From: Daphnia carinata
Lineage: Eukaryota
Direction: 5' to 3'
Assembly: GCF_022539665.2 (NCBI RefSeq)
Contig: NC_081331.1
Location: 1,426,001-1,490,000, forward strand
Length of the DNA stretch: 64,000 nt
Shown here: piece after piece, positions 38,747 through 55,801 of the stretch
How the letters are laid out: each line of letters starts with the position of its first letter
Position numbering within the stretch: the first letter of the stretch is position 1
Notes under the pieces: generated by a model
Told to the model about the DNA's origin: nothing
What the model saw: the letters and a program-made list of their open reading frames with translations, nothing else
The model's database searches: none
Position numbers and translations under genes: made by a program

Positions 38747-40798
38747 TTAAAAGAAAAATTTGTAGAAAATAAATCCCAACACAAGGAGTAGAATGAAGCG
38801 CAGTAGAATCCTCAACCAGTATAACCTATGGTAAACGAAATATGTGGATAATTAACCAATACAAGTACAGCTGGAATGCAACGCTATAGGTGAGATGGCA
38901 ATGGGGTACCTGTTCAAATTTCTCTTGGCGATTGGTAACGTCTGTATGTTGTCTTTAAGCAGGAACCTCCTGCATCCTAGGATGTAGTTGGTAATGTAGC
39001 TTTCCCAATTGATGTCACGGACATCAAAATTAAACATGCGCCGATCGTCGGGAGTCATTTCTTCCAACAGCTGAATGGGATTGTTGCTGACAAATTTCCA
39101 TTCACGTACCACGTAAAAATCCAGGCATGTTAATGCTCGATGGATTTTATTGTACAGGGTGACCTTAAAATATTCGCTTACATAACGTCAACAAAATTGA
39201 AATGACATACTTACCATAATAGGTTTCTTCCCGATAACTCGAGCAACAAAATCAAAGAAATAAGCCGGCAGATAATGGTAAATTGCTTGCTCAATTTTAT
39301 AAGGTATTTGGCGAGTGTGGTAATTGATGCTGGGATACCATGCCATGTCTTTTGTTGGATATTCCATCCAGCCAGCCATGCCGTATTGATTAAACATACG
39401 CCAAGTGACAGGATTATGCGATCCTGTTACGCAATTGTACACTTTCGCTTCGTTGTCTTGTCTTAATGATTTCAATAAAATGGTATTGTTAGTTCAACAC
39501 ATTACTAAGTGATAATCTCTAACAAGATGAGGCTTACTGCATTCCGCCAATTGCGCTCTTCCAACCCGCGGCGATCATCAAATTGATGGCAGTATCAACG
39601 GGAATCATGTCTCCAACTAGATTACAGTCTGTTATAGCAGTTCGTAACAATCCCTTTCCAACGCCAACGATGAAGCCTGAAAATTGAAGTCATAATTTTT
39701 CCCATTGTAAAGTTTGATAACCTTGTTATTTAATACGATTTTTATTTACCACTAGGTCCATTAAGGTTGTCAATCCATCCCGGAATGGGCTCTTGTAACG
39801 AACACGTAACAATCGAAGGTCTCACAATAGCCAAGGGGATTTTGTTTTCACTGCAATATTTTTGAAGCACTTGTTCTCCCAATGCCTAAATTTAACGAAT
39901 TGTTAAAAAAAAAATAAAGCTATTCCAGCAACGAAAAAAAAAGTTAATTGATAAACGGAAACAATGCCTTCGTGAACGCGTAAACGTTTGGGCAATTTCC
40001 CACTAGCCTGCATTTGAATATTGGACCAATTAAGAATTGCATAGAAGGATTTGGATGTTAACGGAACTAGCAATACTGTTTAGTTATGCTGGCAAGAAGT
40101 TGGTCATCCATGCTGTCTACAAATTCCGTTAACTTCAGAGGATCCAGGTGTGACGGATAAACGATTTCGTCTATCTCCCCTTTATCCAAATTATTGAATA
40201 CGGTAGATACGTGGACGAAAGCCTGTAAAACAATCAAACAATGTATTCGTCCACCATTAATATGCAAAACTGGCATACCTGCAAATTTTTTAATTGACTG
40301 CAAAATGCGATGACTTTTTGTGGGCCTTTAATGTTCGCGTCAATCGCCTCACGAAGATTGTCGTCAAAATTAATGCGTGCCGCAGTGTGAAAAACGACGG
40401 AAACGGATGAATTTAGAAGCTCTTGATCAGCAGCCGAGAGGCCAAGAGATGTTAAAGAAATGTCACCAGCCACGGGAATCAGTTTCTTAACAATCTCCGG
40501 TTGATTTTGTCGCAAGGCGTGAAACACCTACAAAAAAATGTTTCATCTTCAGTCACTTCCGCGCTTAAGTTAATCAAATCCAGGAAGCTGATTAAATTTG
40601 TACTTCATTGTTGATGAGCTCTTCAAGACGACAAGTGACATCCTTTCCCTTTGAAGGTCTCAACAAGAGATAAACGCGTTCTATTCCGGGACAGGATCTC
40701 AATAGTTTTTCCACAAGCACTTTTCCCATAAATCCTGTTGCACCAGTAATGAAAATGCTTTTGTCTTGGTAAAATTCAGCAATTTTCGATTCTTTCAT
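38747..40798 (-). CDS. FAR: Fatty acyl-CoA reductase, copy 1 (~494 aa, 9 coding exons)
   Basis: Exons 40604-40798, 40279-40527, 40077-40222, 39968-40007, 39750-39885, 39538-39676, 39215-39461, 38910-39163, 38747-38825. [14 protein letters not shown] motif, YAFTK catalytic YxxxK, IVRPSIV, Sterile domain, hydrophobic C-terminal tail. Confidence 0.95.
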
Positions 40799-43700
40799 TT
40801 TTTTGTTTTGTTCTTCTCGCGTTATGGAACTACTAAAAAATTTAAGAAATGGAATAACAGGGTAAGACAAGCTTTAGAGACAGATACTTTTCGCGTTACA
40901 ATTGCGGGTTGGCATCTGCTCATAGAATGGCGATCTAGCTTTTATCCCTTCTGCTTTTAGAGGAAAACCTAGCACCAAGTAGGCCAGTGGGGTAAAAACG
41001 TTAGTTGTGCAAGTAAATACTTGTCATTTTCTTTCTCAATACATTGCGTATTTTTCTTTCTTTTTTCATATTTGTAACCTATTTCATCATTTCTCTTTCT
41101 TCACAGTTTTTGGTTTCGATATTCGCTTCTTTTAAGTTTGTTATGTACAACGCCTCTACCCAATACGTTGGGTACGACTTTCTTCGTTCGGATACAAAGC
41201 ATCATCATCTTTTAGGCAGTTCAGAGAACCATGGAAAATGTAGGTCGGAGAAAGGCTGGATCCAACATCTTCAAATGCGTGATGAGAACACGTGTTGGGC
41301 TTTTATCCTTGGCTCGGCCTGTAAGATATATACATTTTTTTTAAACTCAGAAACTTTTGTCGCAACATAAAAGCCGACGTCACTATCCACACTTTCTCCC
41401 GCAACGTTCCTGTTCTGCCAACCACTGACAATTGCTTGTATTTTTAACTGTATCAATGAAAGCTTTAATTTGCTGTAGTCCAACGGGAGAAATTTAATGA
41501 ATATATTTTTCTTTTTCAAACATACGCGTGTATTGTTGGCATACTCTTAGTGAAATGTGAAATTGGATTTGTACTTATTTTGACAACTATTGAAGTATTT
41601 ATTCAAATGCTAGTATTGACTTTTGCGTGATGAAGACGCCAGTGGAAGTGGAGGCAAGAACGGGGAAAAAAAAGCCTGCTACGAGTTTCAGAATAAAAAT
41701 ACAAGCTCTCGATGCGGTAACAGCCGAGTAACAGTACTGGGCAGCAGTGTGGAACATGTAGTGGTTAGACAGAAATCGATTAGTGTTTTCAGTTCCCGTT
41801 TTCTGTGGGAAAGCTACAGCTGTTTCCTCTTCATGTTACGTTAGAAATTTAGTTCTCTCCTATCGCCCCATTTTTTTTTCCATTTCGTTCAGCTGTGTTC
41901 TGTTGCTGTGGTGTAGATGTTAAAATGTAGCCCAAGACGCGCAAGAACTCTCCCATAATCGACCCCAAAAAAATAAATAATTACATTTTTTTGGTGGGAT
42001 ATGAAGCTCCTGGTCAGTAGAATCAGAACAAACAGTCCTACCTCATTTAAATAGCCAGTACTCCTTGAGTTTGGACAGACATGGAGAAGACAATGCCAGC
42101 AGTCAATTTTAACATATTCTTCTCATAAATAACTTACTTCCACCACTTTAGCTTATTTGGAGAGCGCGCATCATTTTAAAATGGTTTTCGTGTGTTGGCT
42201 ACAACTTCTGGTGGCCCACACGAAACCCAATTCCTCCCCAGCCAACCCCGGCGGTTACGTGAAAAAAAAAACTACGGGGTGAAATAGCTTACATCAAGCA
42301 TCCATCCCTAACACATTTGTCCTAGTAACCTAGTTTGTTTTTTAATGCGTTAATTTTGTCGGCTTAGCTTTTTTTTCTGAATACATCTTCATCCTTGAAT
42401 AGTTGAAGAGTATACAAAGGCCTTATCTTCCTTTAAATGGGCACGATATCTTTAGTTTTTCTGTCGCGTCATCAGAATTGAATGTTCTTGTCCTTTTGTA
42501 ATTCCAATGTCCCATTTTCTTCGAAAGAAAGAGACGAAATAAAGTGCATCATGCAATTCAATGCTTGCGGTCGTCATCGAAGGTAAAACGATAATAAGAT
42601 AAAACGAAGAGTACTGTCATTAGCCTTTATGTCGATGTGAAAATGAGTGTCATGTTATCGTCATAACTAAATTTAAACGTTTAAAAGACTCATCGGCAAC
42701 CACTTTCACCGAGTGGTCTCAGCTATTCAAATAAAATGCATGCGTACATGGTGTCTAAAGGACGTGTACGCACAAAAGCCTTTGTTCTTTGATGCACATA
42801 TTCATGTGCAATGTTAAAATAATTCTATTGAGAGGAAAATCTTCTCCCCATTTTTTTTTGAGAACTACCCAAATTAGTTTCCCTTTTCGTTTGTAATCGA
42901 ATTGATTTTCATTTTCTCTCCTTGGAATTCGACGGAGTGGATCAAATTGCTTACCAAAATATCCGAACGCTACGTTGGAATTCGGTATGACCAAACCGTG
43001 GTTTTTCCGATTAGGAAAGAATACAACAATCCATTCCAAGGCAAACGGAAATCTGACGCGTATCCTTATTTCTGTAAGCTTTTGAGCATCTCAATGGTAA
43101 AATGTAAATTTGTATAAGTTTAGGGAAATCCCCGCCCTTGACACGCTTTTCACTGCTTTCACTCCAAGCACTTTACTAGGAAAAGGTGCCCTATCATAAA
43201 ATACTATAGAGAATAAACAAAGAAACGAAGAAAACCGGTTTTCAGATGGAATTCTTCTACGGTTGGCTCCAGGATTGAAGAAGACCTTCGTTTTGATTAG
43301 GCTGGAAGGCATTTTGCTGACTATCTCTACGTACCACTGTATAAAATAACTACATATGTCTGCAACTCATGACGCTCAAGCAAAAATGGAAGGCTATTCA
43401 AAATGTTTATTGTCTCCGCTAATTAACTTTTAATAATCTCGTTTCTCTCAACACATCTTTTATAGGCCCCACAACTTCTTTACTGCAGTTTAAGCACAAA
43501 TGAATTACGTATTGCGTCTTCTAAGAACATTTCCTTTCTTCAGAAAAACAAATAGACACAGATTTTAAAAAAAGGTATAGTCATATTCTAAATAGTAAAA
43601 ATTTGTTGTGGCCAAACCTTTTATGGAATGGCGGATCACGAAAACAAGATGACCATTGATAAGAAGAATAAGCATTTCCCTTCTTCTTTGCGAGAATTAC

Positions 43701-44524
43701 CTTGACCTGATAAAACACGGGATTTATGTAAACATACGTCTAGCGACTGGAGAGAACACACGGTCGGGTTTGAACAGCTTCATACGAGTCCCTAGTAGAA
43801 ACATTTCCAGAAGGTGGTGGGCTTCGTATTGGATGATAATTTTTTTTTTATTGACGTTGGTGGACGCTACAAAACTTAGGCGCATTCATGTAAATTTTTG
43901 TGTCTGAAATGTGATTCGAAACACTGTGCTAGAATATATATACGGCCCTGGTTATCGATCCAGACAAACGCAGAAAGCATGTTGAGAATAACTGTCTCAG
44001 CGCTTTCTCTTACAAGACCGGTGTAGAAAGTTTAATGCGCAGGTTTTCTAACGTTGTTCTATTTTTCCACAAGCACGCATGAACACACGACTTTTTATGG
44101 AAATAAAACCTTAAAAAAACTCTAATTCATAAGAAAACTTTTGTTTTTAATGGCCTACGGAATATAGGGATTCTTAACGAATTTATTAATTGAGCCAAAG
44201 TTTAAACCTTTCCCTTTTTCTATTTCCCGGCAAACAACATGCAAAGACACAAACGAAAGTGTAAGCGTAACAGTAGAGCAAATCTACGAGCCTTCCGAAA
44301 CTGGTAGGGAACAGTGCTGAGTATTCGACGAACGGCGCAGCCAGCAGGTTTCTTCTAAATATAGCTCTATATAGATCTCCTCCATATAGTTTTTTCTAAT
44401 TAGAAAATAACAAAGGCTCCAACACAAATATGAATAAGGTCACAGATATTTGATTCGTTTTTTTTTTTACTTTGTCAAACTGCGGTTATCATATGCGTCT
44501 CTATCGCTTTAAAGTCAAACGTTT

Positions 44525-46514
44525 TTAGGACTTCAAAAATGCAGAGCGACCGAAATTTCTCAAGCTCCTAACGGCGAGTAAGGAACACGAAAAGAAAATC
44601 AGACGCAATAGCAGTCGGATGGTGTACAATCTAAAAATGAATTTAATAAAAAAGTGTGAGCGATTATTGTTTCAATTGTTCATTATCACAACTCGTCAAA
44701 TACCTCTGCAGATTGCTTCTGGCAAGGGGTAAGGTGCTAGGATCGTCTTTAAGAACAAAACGACGGGCTCCAAGAATGAAAGTTTCAAAATAGCTTTGCC
44801 ATTCTATCTCGCGGACATCGATGTAGAAAGTTTTTCTGTCCTCCGCCGACATCTCGTTAAGCAAGCGAATGGGGTTGTTGCTGATGAATCGCCATTGATG
44901 TGTTGTAAAGAATTCCAAACACGAGAAAGCCTTGTTTGCTTTGGCATAAAGCCGTACCTGCACGGCGGCAAATCAAACAGAAAACGAAAGAAAAAGGTGA
45001 AATTTCTATTTCTGAAAAGACACAGTTGTTGATTGTATACCCATCGAGCGCGTTTGCCAGTCATGGAGCTGTATAAATCGAATAGGTGGGCGGGTATCGT
45101 GTGGAACACAGCTTCGTTTACTTTGAGCCACAGGTCGTTTATTGTGAAATAAGCGCTAGGATACCACATCATATCCTTCGTAGGAAACTTCAACCACGAA
45201 TCCAAAGACCAACGCTGAAGAAGACCCCAAGTGAGTGGGTTTTGATGCCCAGTGGTACAGCTGTAGACGGTGACGTTGTTTGGCCTGTTTTGCGATGAAC
45301 ATGTCAATTAATGTTTGATCTAGACGTGGGAATGATGTTTACCTTCGTGTGGCTGTGTGCCAAGCGGCGGCAATCATAAGATTGATTGGGTAGTCAACTG
45401 GAATTATGTCGCTGACCAAGTCCGCGTTAATTTTCATGACGCGAAAGAATCCTTTTCCAACGGCAGCGATCGTTCCTACATACAACTCGTTTGTCAGTCT
45501 AATAGATTATTTACAAAGCACGTGTCAGTAAATCTTTTTTTTACCTGTAGCTCCATTCATATTGTCAACCCAACCGGGAATGGGTTCTTTCAACGCTGCT
45601 GTCACGATTGATGGCCGCACTATTGTCAAAGGAACGCTTCCGCATTGCTGTTCGAGCAGTTGCTCGGCTAACGCTTTTGTGTATGTATATGTGTTTGGAC
45701 ATTTTCCGAGCAATCTGAAGTAAATTGTTGTTATGTTAACTAATTTCTTCTCTAAACAAATCCCAGCTGCAACAAGCTCTTACTCTTTCGCAATGTTTTT
45801 CACCACACTCTCTTCGAGACAGTCTAATAGTTCAATCAGTTTTACTGGATTAATTTTGGAATGATAAACCTCTTCCCTCATTTCTTCTCGATCAAGATTG
45901 TTGAAAGCAGTCGATACATGCACGAAAGCCTGTAATGTAATCAAGTTTTACTAGTTAGTGGCATATAAAGGATGAATTGGCAAGCTACAAAATAAGCCAA
46001 CCTCAAGGCGTTTCATTTGTCGGCAGATTTCAAGTAACTGCATCGGTCCTTTAACGTTCATTTCAAGTGCTGCTTTGAGTTCTTCGTCGAATTTGATGGT
46101 GGCGGCCGAATTGAAAACAACAGACACGTTTTCCGTCAATAGTCGCAAATCTGATGGCGAGAGTCCGTACCCAGTAAAGGTAACGTCACCTTTCACGGCA
46201 GTAACTTTGGTCATAACATTTGGCTGCTGCCTCCTGACTTCATCAAATATCTACAATTAAAAAATGGATCGTTCGTTTAATTGTGAATTTGCTATTTGGT
46301 TGTAAAAAATCAGTGATACCTGGTTATTAATCAGTTCTTGTAGGCGGTACTCAACACTTTGGCCTTTCGATGGTCTCATCAACAGGTAAATACGCTCAAT
46401 ACCAGGACACGATCTTAAAAGCTTCTCCACTAGCACTTTCCCCATGAAACCAGTTGCACCAGTAATGAAAACAGAGCGACCTTTGTAGAATTCTACGATA
46501 CTGGAATGCTCCAT
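44525..46514 (-). CDS. FAR: Fatty acyl-CoA reductase, copy 2 (~498 aa, 8 coding exons)
   Basis: Exons 46320-46514, 46002-46250, 45784-45929, 45545-45714, 45343-45475, 45041-45284, 44704-44957, 44525-44630. TGATGFMGK and [12 protein letters not shown] motifs. Confidence 0.95.
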
Positions 46515-48941
46515 TTTTTTAACTTAATGTTGTGTTCTTTTCTTGATGAATTCGAACTTAAACGACACGATTTTTTCCCCCTGTCAATAAGACATTTGAG
46601 TTTTTGGTCTTTTAAAACTGACTCTGCAATGTTTAACGTAAAAATGTAACTGCACGGAGCGACAAAGCAACTGACTTATCCACAGAAATGAGGCCGATGT
46701 ATGGATGGGTAAGGACAGAGGGCGAGAAACAGGACCGCTTCCCTAAGTAAGCTGCCGTGAATTGAAGACTACAGCTTTCGCCTTTCGCCTTATATATTTC
46801 TTCATGTTTTCTAACCTGTTGCTCAATGTCCATGCATGCCCCGAATAGAGGCAGTCCTAGTCCGACTAAATCTCTGTACAGTATTTTAGGGGGCACGCAT
46901 GTCTGGCGCATGTTGGTTTTATGACGGTGATATCTATTGGTGTTTCCCCTTTTTTTTTTCTTTCTAGAAAAATCAAATAAAAACCTCGAGGGGTACGGCT
47001 GGAAATCGGGGCGGAGTACGCAGCCGAAGTGAAAGTATCTTTTTTTTCTCTCTCGTTGTTTGTAGACACGGCCAAGGTGTTGGTGTCAAGGCTCAAGGTA
47101 AGTTTTTCTTTCTTTGGCCACCTACTCGCTAAACCGCCGAATCATCAACAAATTTTTTTTGTAATATATACAAACTGGTTATATATGAAAATCATTTTTC
47201 CTCAGCCGTTATTAAGCTACGAGGCGTGAATCAAAACAGCCGCGGTCGACGCAGAAAACAATCATTCACTCAGTAAAAGTTCAGTCACGTCAGTGCCGGT
47301 CAGTGCGTTGCACGAACATCAAGCTGTAGAAGAATTACGTAATGCCAATCGATCTTTTTGATTCTATGACAGGACAACGAACCAACAGCAAAAAAGGCTT
47401 CTGTTTCTGTTTTTTTTTTTTTAAATGACCCAACAGCCCCAATTCCCTAAATGTGTGGGAAAAAACGGTAAATAAATAATGCATGGCACATGTAATAGCC
47501 TATACTGTGGCCAAAATGGGCGGATGAGGCTTCTAAAAACGTGGCCCACGGGCAAGAATCTCTCTTTCAAAGTTTTCCTTTACGACGACGACAAAGCAAT
47601 CTGTGGTGGAGACTTGTTGCTGTGTTATTAAATTCTGTAAGTGTCGTCCGGTTACGAACGTTGCAGCAACTAGTCATGTCTCTGATTTGTCTTCGCGGCC
47701 TCATATTATTCGCAACAAAACTTTCAATGTGATTTATTACGTCGTCGGGGAATAAGGGGAGAGAAAGTTTGCACCTCGGGAAGAGGATTTCTAAACGAAT
47801 TCTAATGTAACTCTTCGTCAGCAAGTTTCCGTAGTAAACGTCTAGGTGTAAAACATTCTCCCGCATACCCAAAAATGACGCACTAAAGCCCTGAGATGAC
47901 ATCATAGGAAAACACTTCACGATAGGTACGGTGAAAGTCAACGTTAAGATTTTCTTTGATAGCAGTGAAAGGTAATACATACAGGATGTTCTACTAAATT
48001 CAGCTGCTTATGGCTTATTCGGGATTTCCCTGTTATTACCCCCTCCCCCCCCCCCCAAAAAAAAGGTCGATGCCTGTCACAAAAGAGGCCTGTTATACGT
48101 TATATAATCCTGCTTTATTTCGGTTGAAGTTGCTAGGAGGGTTTCCAAATATTTGAGTGTTAGCGACCCCTCCTTCAAAAAGTTCAACGACTCTACCTGA
48201 ACAGCTATCGGTCTCGATAAGAAAGTCACACAAGCCTATTATTGACCCGAATCCTCGTTTGACGATAACAAGCTTTCTTTCTTACTTTGACAAGTACTCC
48301 GTGAATAGGTCCTACTTTCCGAAATCCATTAACAAACAGCTGCAAGTCTTGAAGTGAACCCGTGTTTGACCAACAAAGTGAACCGTAGGCAAGATTGGAT
48401 AGTAGGTCTAATATTTGAAAAGCTCGAAGTCGTCGTCAACATTCTAGAGACAAACTAGACAAACTGAACTGAAGTTTTCTACAGTTCTAAAGCGCTATGG
48501 AAGTGCGCGTGCGCCAACAGCTCTGGTGCATTGCTAGCCAAAACTTCCCACACCTTAATTCAATCAATCAAGGGTTGACTAAATATTTTCTATGCTTATT
48601 ATTGCATCCAGTATGTTTGTCTACTCTGGTTATTAATACCAACACAATATCAATAGAAAAATAAACAAACAGTACGCCAGGCAAAACTTGATTGATAAGA
48701 ACGTAATCATTTATTATTTAAAAAAGGTTTGGCATCGCTCTATTCAGCACTTTTTGAGAATTAACCATAACGATTGTAAGAGAGACAGTGATGAAAGCGA
48801 CATTCCCCAACATTTTACCCCATAGCTCCATAACAAAATAATCTCCCAAATGAAAATCAAATAAAAGATAAGGCTGCACAATAGAACGTTGAAACGTCCA
48901 TCATAACTTCGCGAAGTAATAAATTTTATTGGTCAAATGGT

Positions 48942-52794
<3,853 letters not shown>

Positions 52795-54151
52795 ATCTTT
52801 GTTGTGTATTCGGACATGGATCACTACACCCGATCACGAATCTGTTTACCAATCTTGATTGCCAGGACCAATAAACTTGCGCAAAATGGCTACACGCTAC
52901 AGTAACAGAGAGCGACAACTTAACTATTAATGTGCTTCTACGTGTTGTCAGTCATGTCGTCATTTAATTGGGTAATGTTTTGGGTCTAAGCCATCTAGCG
53001 GTCAATAATTCCTCTAAAAGAAAAGAAAATTGTGTCGATATTCCCGTGAATGTGGCGCTTTCTATGGGGAAAAGTTTCGAAAAAAAGTTAGTCGAAATCC
53101 GGTTGGCCATTGGCACAAAGGTATAGAGTTTTCATAGAATTCCTATCGAAACACTATATTGGGAAATGAACCATAGAGCCGAAACCGTGAGCGTATGGTT
53201 CTGGATTCGCTTCCGCCGTGGCATATTCCATTCTCCAGACATACGCCAAATGTCAATCGAACTGCCGTTACAAGCGCTAGTGCGCTAGTGCGACAAACGA
53301 TGCGACTAAAGACTTGGAGAAAAACTTCAGCTTTTATGTTTTCTCTAGAGATTTTGTATCCTAAGAAGGAATACCTGGTGGTTTAACATAACCTGACCAT
53401 CGTGGGTCCTTGAGACTTTTTTTTTCACAAAAAAAGAAGTTCCACGAAGGTCAATAAACGGTAGATCAACCCTTAGATTAACCATGAGCCTTAGGCTGAC
53501 CAGATTTTCAGTTAAAATTTTCACCTCATCTAGAAAGACGGCCCAACATCATATCGTTTTCACAGGAACATACATAGACATCACGTGAGTCTAGGAATCG
53601 GAAGGCTTGAAGGCCACAAAGTGTCGCCGTGGAATCCGCACCAAAGTTGCAACCGTCCAATTGTTTAACGTCGTTCTCATGATTTAGTACTTCTGTGGGT
53701 TCTATGAGCTCATAGCTCTAGCGAAACACAGTTAAAGAGCTTGTGCATCAAGCGTTAAGAAATCAGATCCTTAAACTGGGATGGAAATTGCACGTTTTAG
53801 CTTGCGCATTTTATTTCTATGCAAATGCCAAATACAAGCCATAGAAAAGGGCTGTCGTTCGTCCCCAACCTCCAATATCTTTTACCTGTGTAGTTGTATA
53901 TCTTTTTTTCCTTTCTTTCCCTTTTCTTCTGTTTTGACGGTGGTGCATAAGAAAATGGTCACTCTTCCCTCGCATATGACACCGCAGGGTTCGTATTGCT
54001 TATTCCAGCATTTTTCCAAGTTACATTAGAAGTGAAATTTTACCATTGTGGTTCGTCCATAATGCCCTTTTTCTGGTTATATCTAGTTGCTCTGATGCGG
54101 TAACGGAAACTTCTACTAACAACTAATAAAAATACACATGTGTACTATACA

Positions 54152-54462
54152 GTATATATATAACAGAAGGCGTGTAATCCTAGTAGGGTGTTACGTGCCC
54201 TTCAAACTTCGTCTAGAAAACGTCTTGGAACTTAATTGGCTAGGATAGAATTGGTTGAATGCCGACGGCTACCTGACACCGCCCCCCTCGTCGTCTCCAC
54301 CGATTCCTTCGCTGTGCTCGACTTTTTCAATTCAGTGCAATTCATTCAGCGGTACGGCTGTTATCTCTCTGTTCCTACACGACTACAATGTGTTCGTGAT
54401 CTACCGTTGTGTCTACAATACATTCGGTGCTGGAAAAAGGAAAGGATTATTTTTATACGCAG
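54152..54462 (+). promoter_or_regulatory. Putative TATA promoter and 5' UTR exon of FAR copy 3
   Basis: TATATATATAA at ~54153; donor GCAG|gtaga at 54462; acceptor tctag| at ~55701, upstream of the ATG at 55802. Confidence 0.4.
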
Positions 54463-55801
54463 GTAGATTTCTAAACTTTTCTGTGCTTCATCGCGTGCGT
54501 GGTATCAAAGTTTTGTATTTGCCGCTTGACAGGACAACCAACGGTTTGTTTCCGCCATGTAGTCGTTCGATAAAGGAATATTTCCCTTTGCCTTTTCTTT
54601 TACACGTTTTTTGCACTAAATTTCTGTTGAGATTTAATGGTTTCGTACCTTATTGTGGAAATTGCAGGCGTTTTATTGATAACTTCTTTTTGAGGAAAAA
54701 TTTTGGTTAGTAGCCGAAAAAATGGATGGCTTACAAATCAATAGTTTTCTAGTATTTATTTTTAGAAAAGCCATGGAAAGCCAGTTGGTTAGGCGAAACT
54801 AAATATAGTTAAGGTCATAACGTTGAGAAGAAAGCGATCATTCAACTGTGAGAAGGCGTAAACACGGGCCCGAACAGTTTTGCGTAGAACAGGTACTTCG
54901 GGATCAAGTACGGAGAAAGCAAAAATTTGTGGAAATTTCAATGGGCGTAGCATTTACGGAAAAGAGCCATTGTGTTCAGTGCAAGTCACGGCGATGTTTT
55001 TGTAATCATTTTGAATCACTAAAACGTTGAAAAGCATTGAGTGTAACGTCGCAGTTCTGGCGTCATCTTGCATGATTACGTTCGTGTAAGGAAGGGTAAC
55101 TCCCTTTAAAACCCCGTAAAGCGCCTTACCGGCAAGACCACATCCGTATATTCCAGGCATGTTGTACCTGGGGGAAAAAAGTCCCCTATTCTTTCACAAT
55201 ATTACCTAAAAAAAATTTATGAAAGGGCGTTTTTTCCCACTCCAATCATTTTAGTGTATGTTACCAGCTTATGAAATGTTGGAAATACAAATACCATACC
55301 TGCCTCTTAGAAAACCAGGATACAACTGGTGCGTTACATTTAGAAGACAGGGATTTTCCGGCTTTAGTTCACAGTTATCTCCAATAAAGTTTGGCAAGAA
55401 GTACCAAAAAAAGGTGGAACATCAAACACATATGTATGCATACCGAATTCAATTGAAAGTAAACTGCTTTCATCCCGTCTCTGACTTTACCACTACCATT
55501 TTGTAAACGAATTTTACACGTAGTCTTTCAGATGCATACTAACGATTCCACGCACGTCCAGAACCTCGTGAATTTAACGTGCGCCCTTTGACGCACGTTT
55601 TACGTCCGAATACGTAATTGAGCGGTGAAGTGTGTGCTTATCGTTGATACGTGCACAGCTGGCCGTTTTCGTAGATGGTTTATATTGTTTTTATTCTCTA
55701 GGTTTTACCAGATTCTAGTTGCAGTACCTTTTTGCCCTTTGGAGGTACGCAACGTACGTGCGCGAATATCCAAGTGTTCCAGCCAAAACAAAAACATTGG
55801 A

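Noticed and set aside
47567..47980. 137-aa minus-strand ORF between FAR2 and IRE1
   Set aside because: No recognisable motifs, paralogue or splice support.
53061..53177. TCTATGG...CCATAGA as MITE termini
   Set aside because: Only 7 bp of inverted match and no clear target-site duplication.
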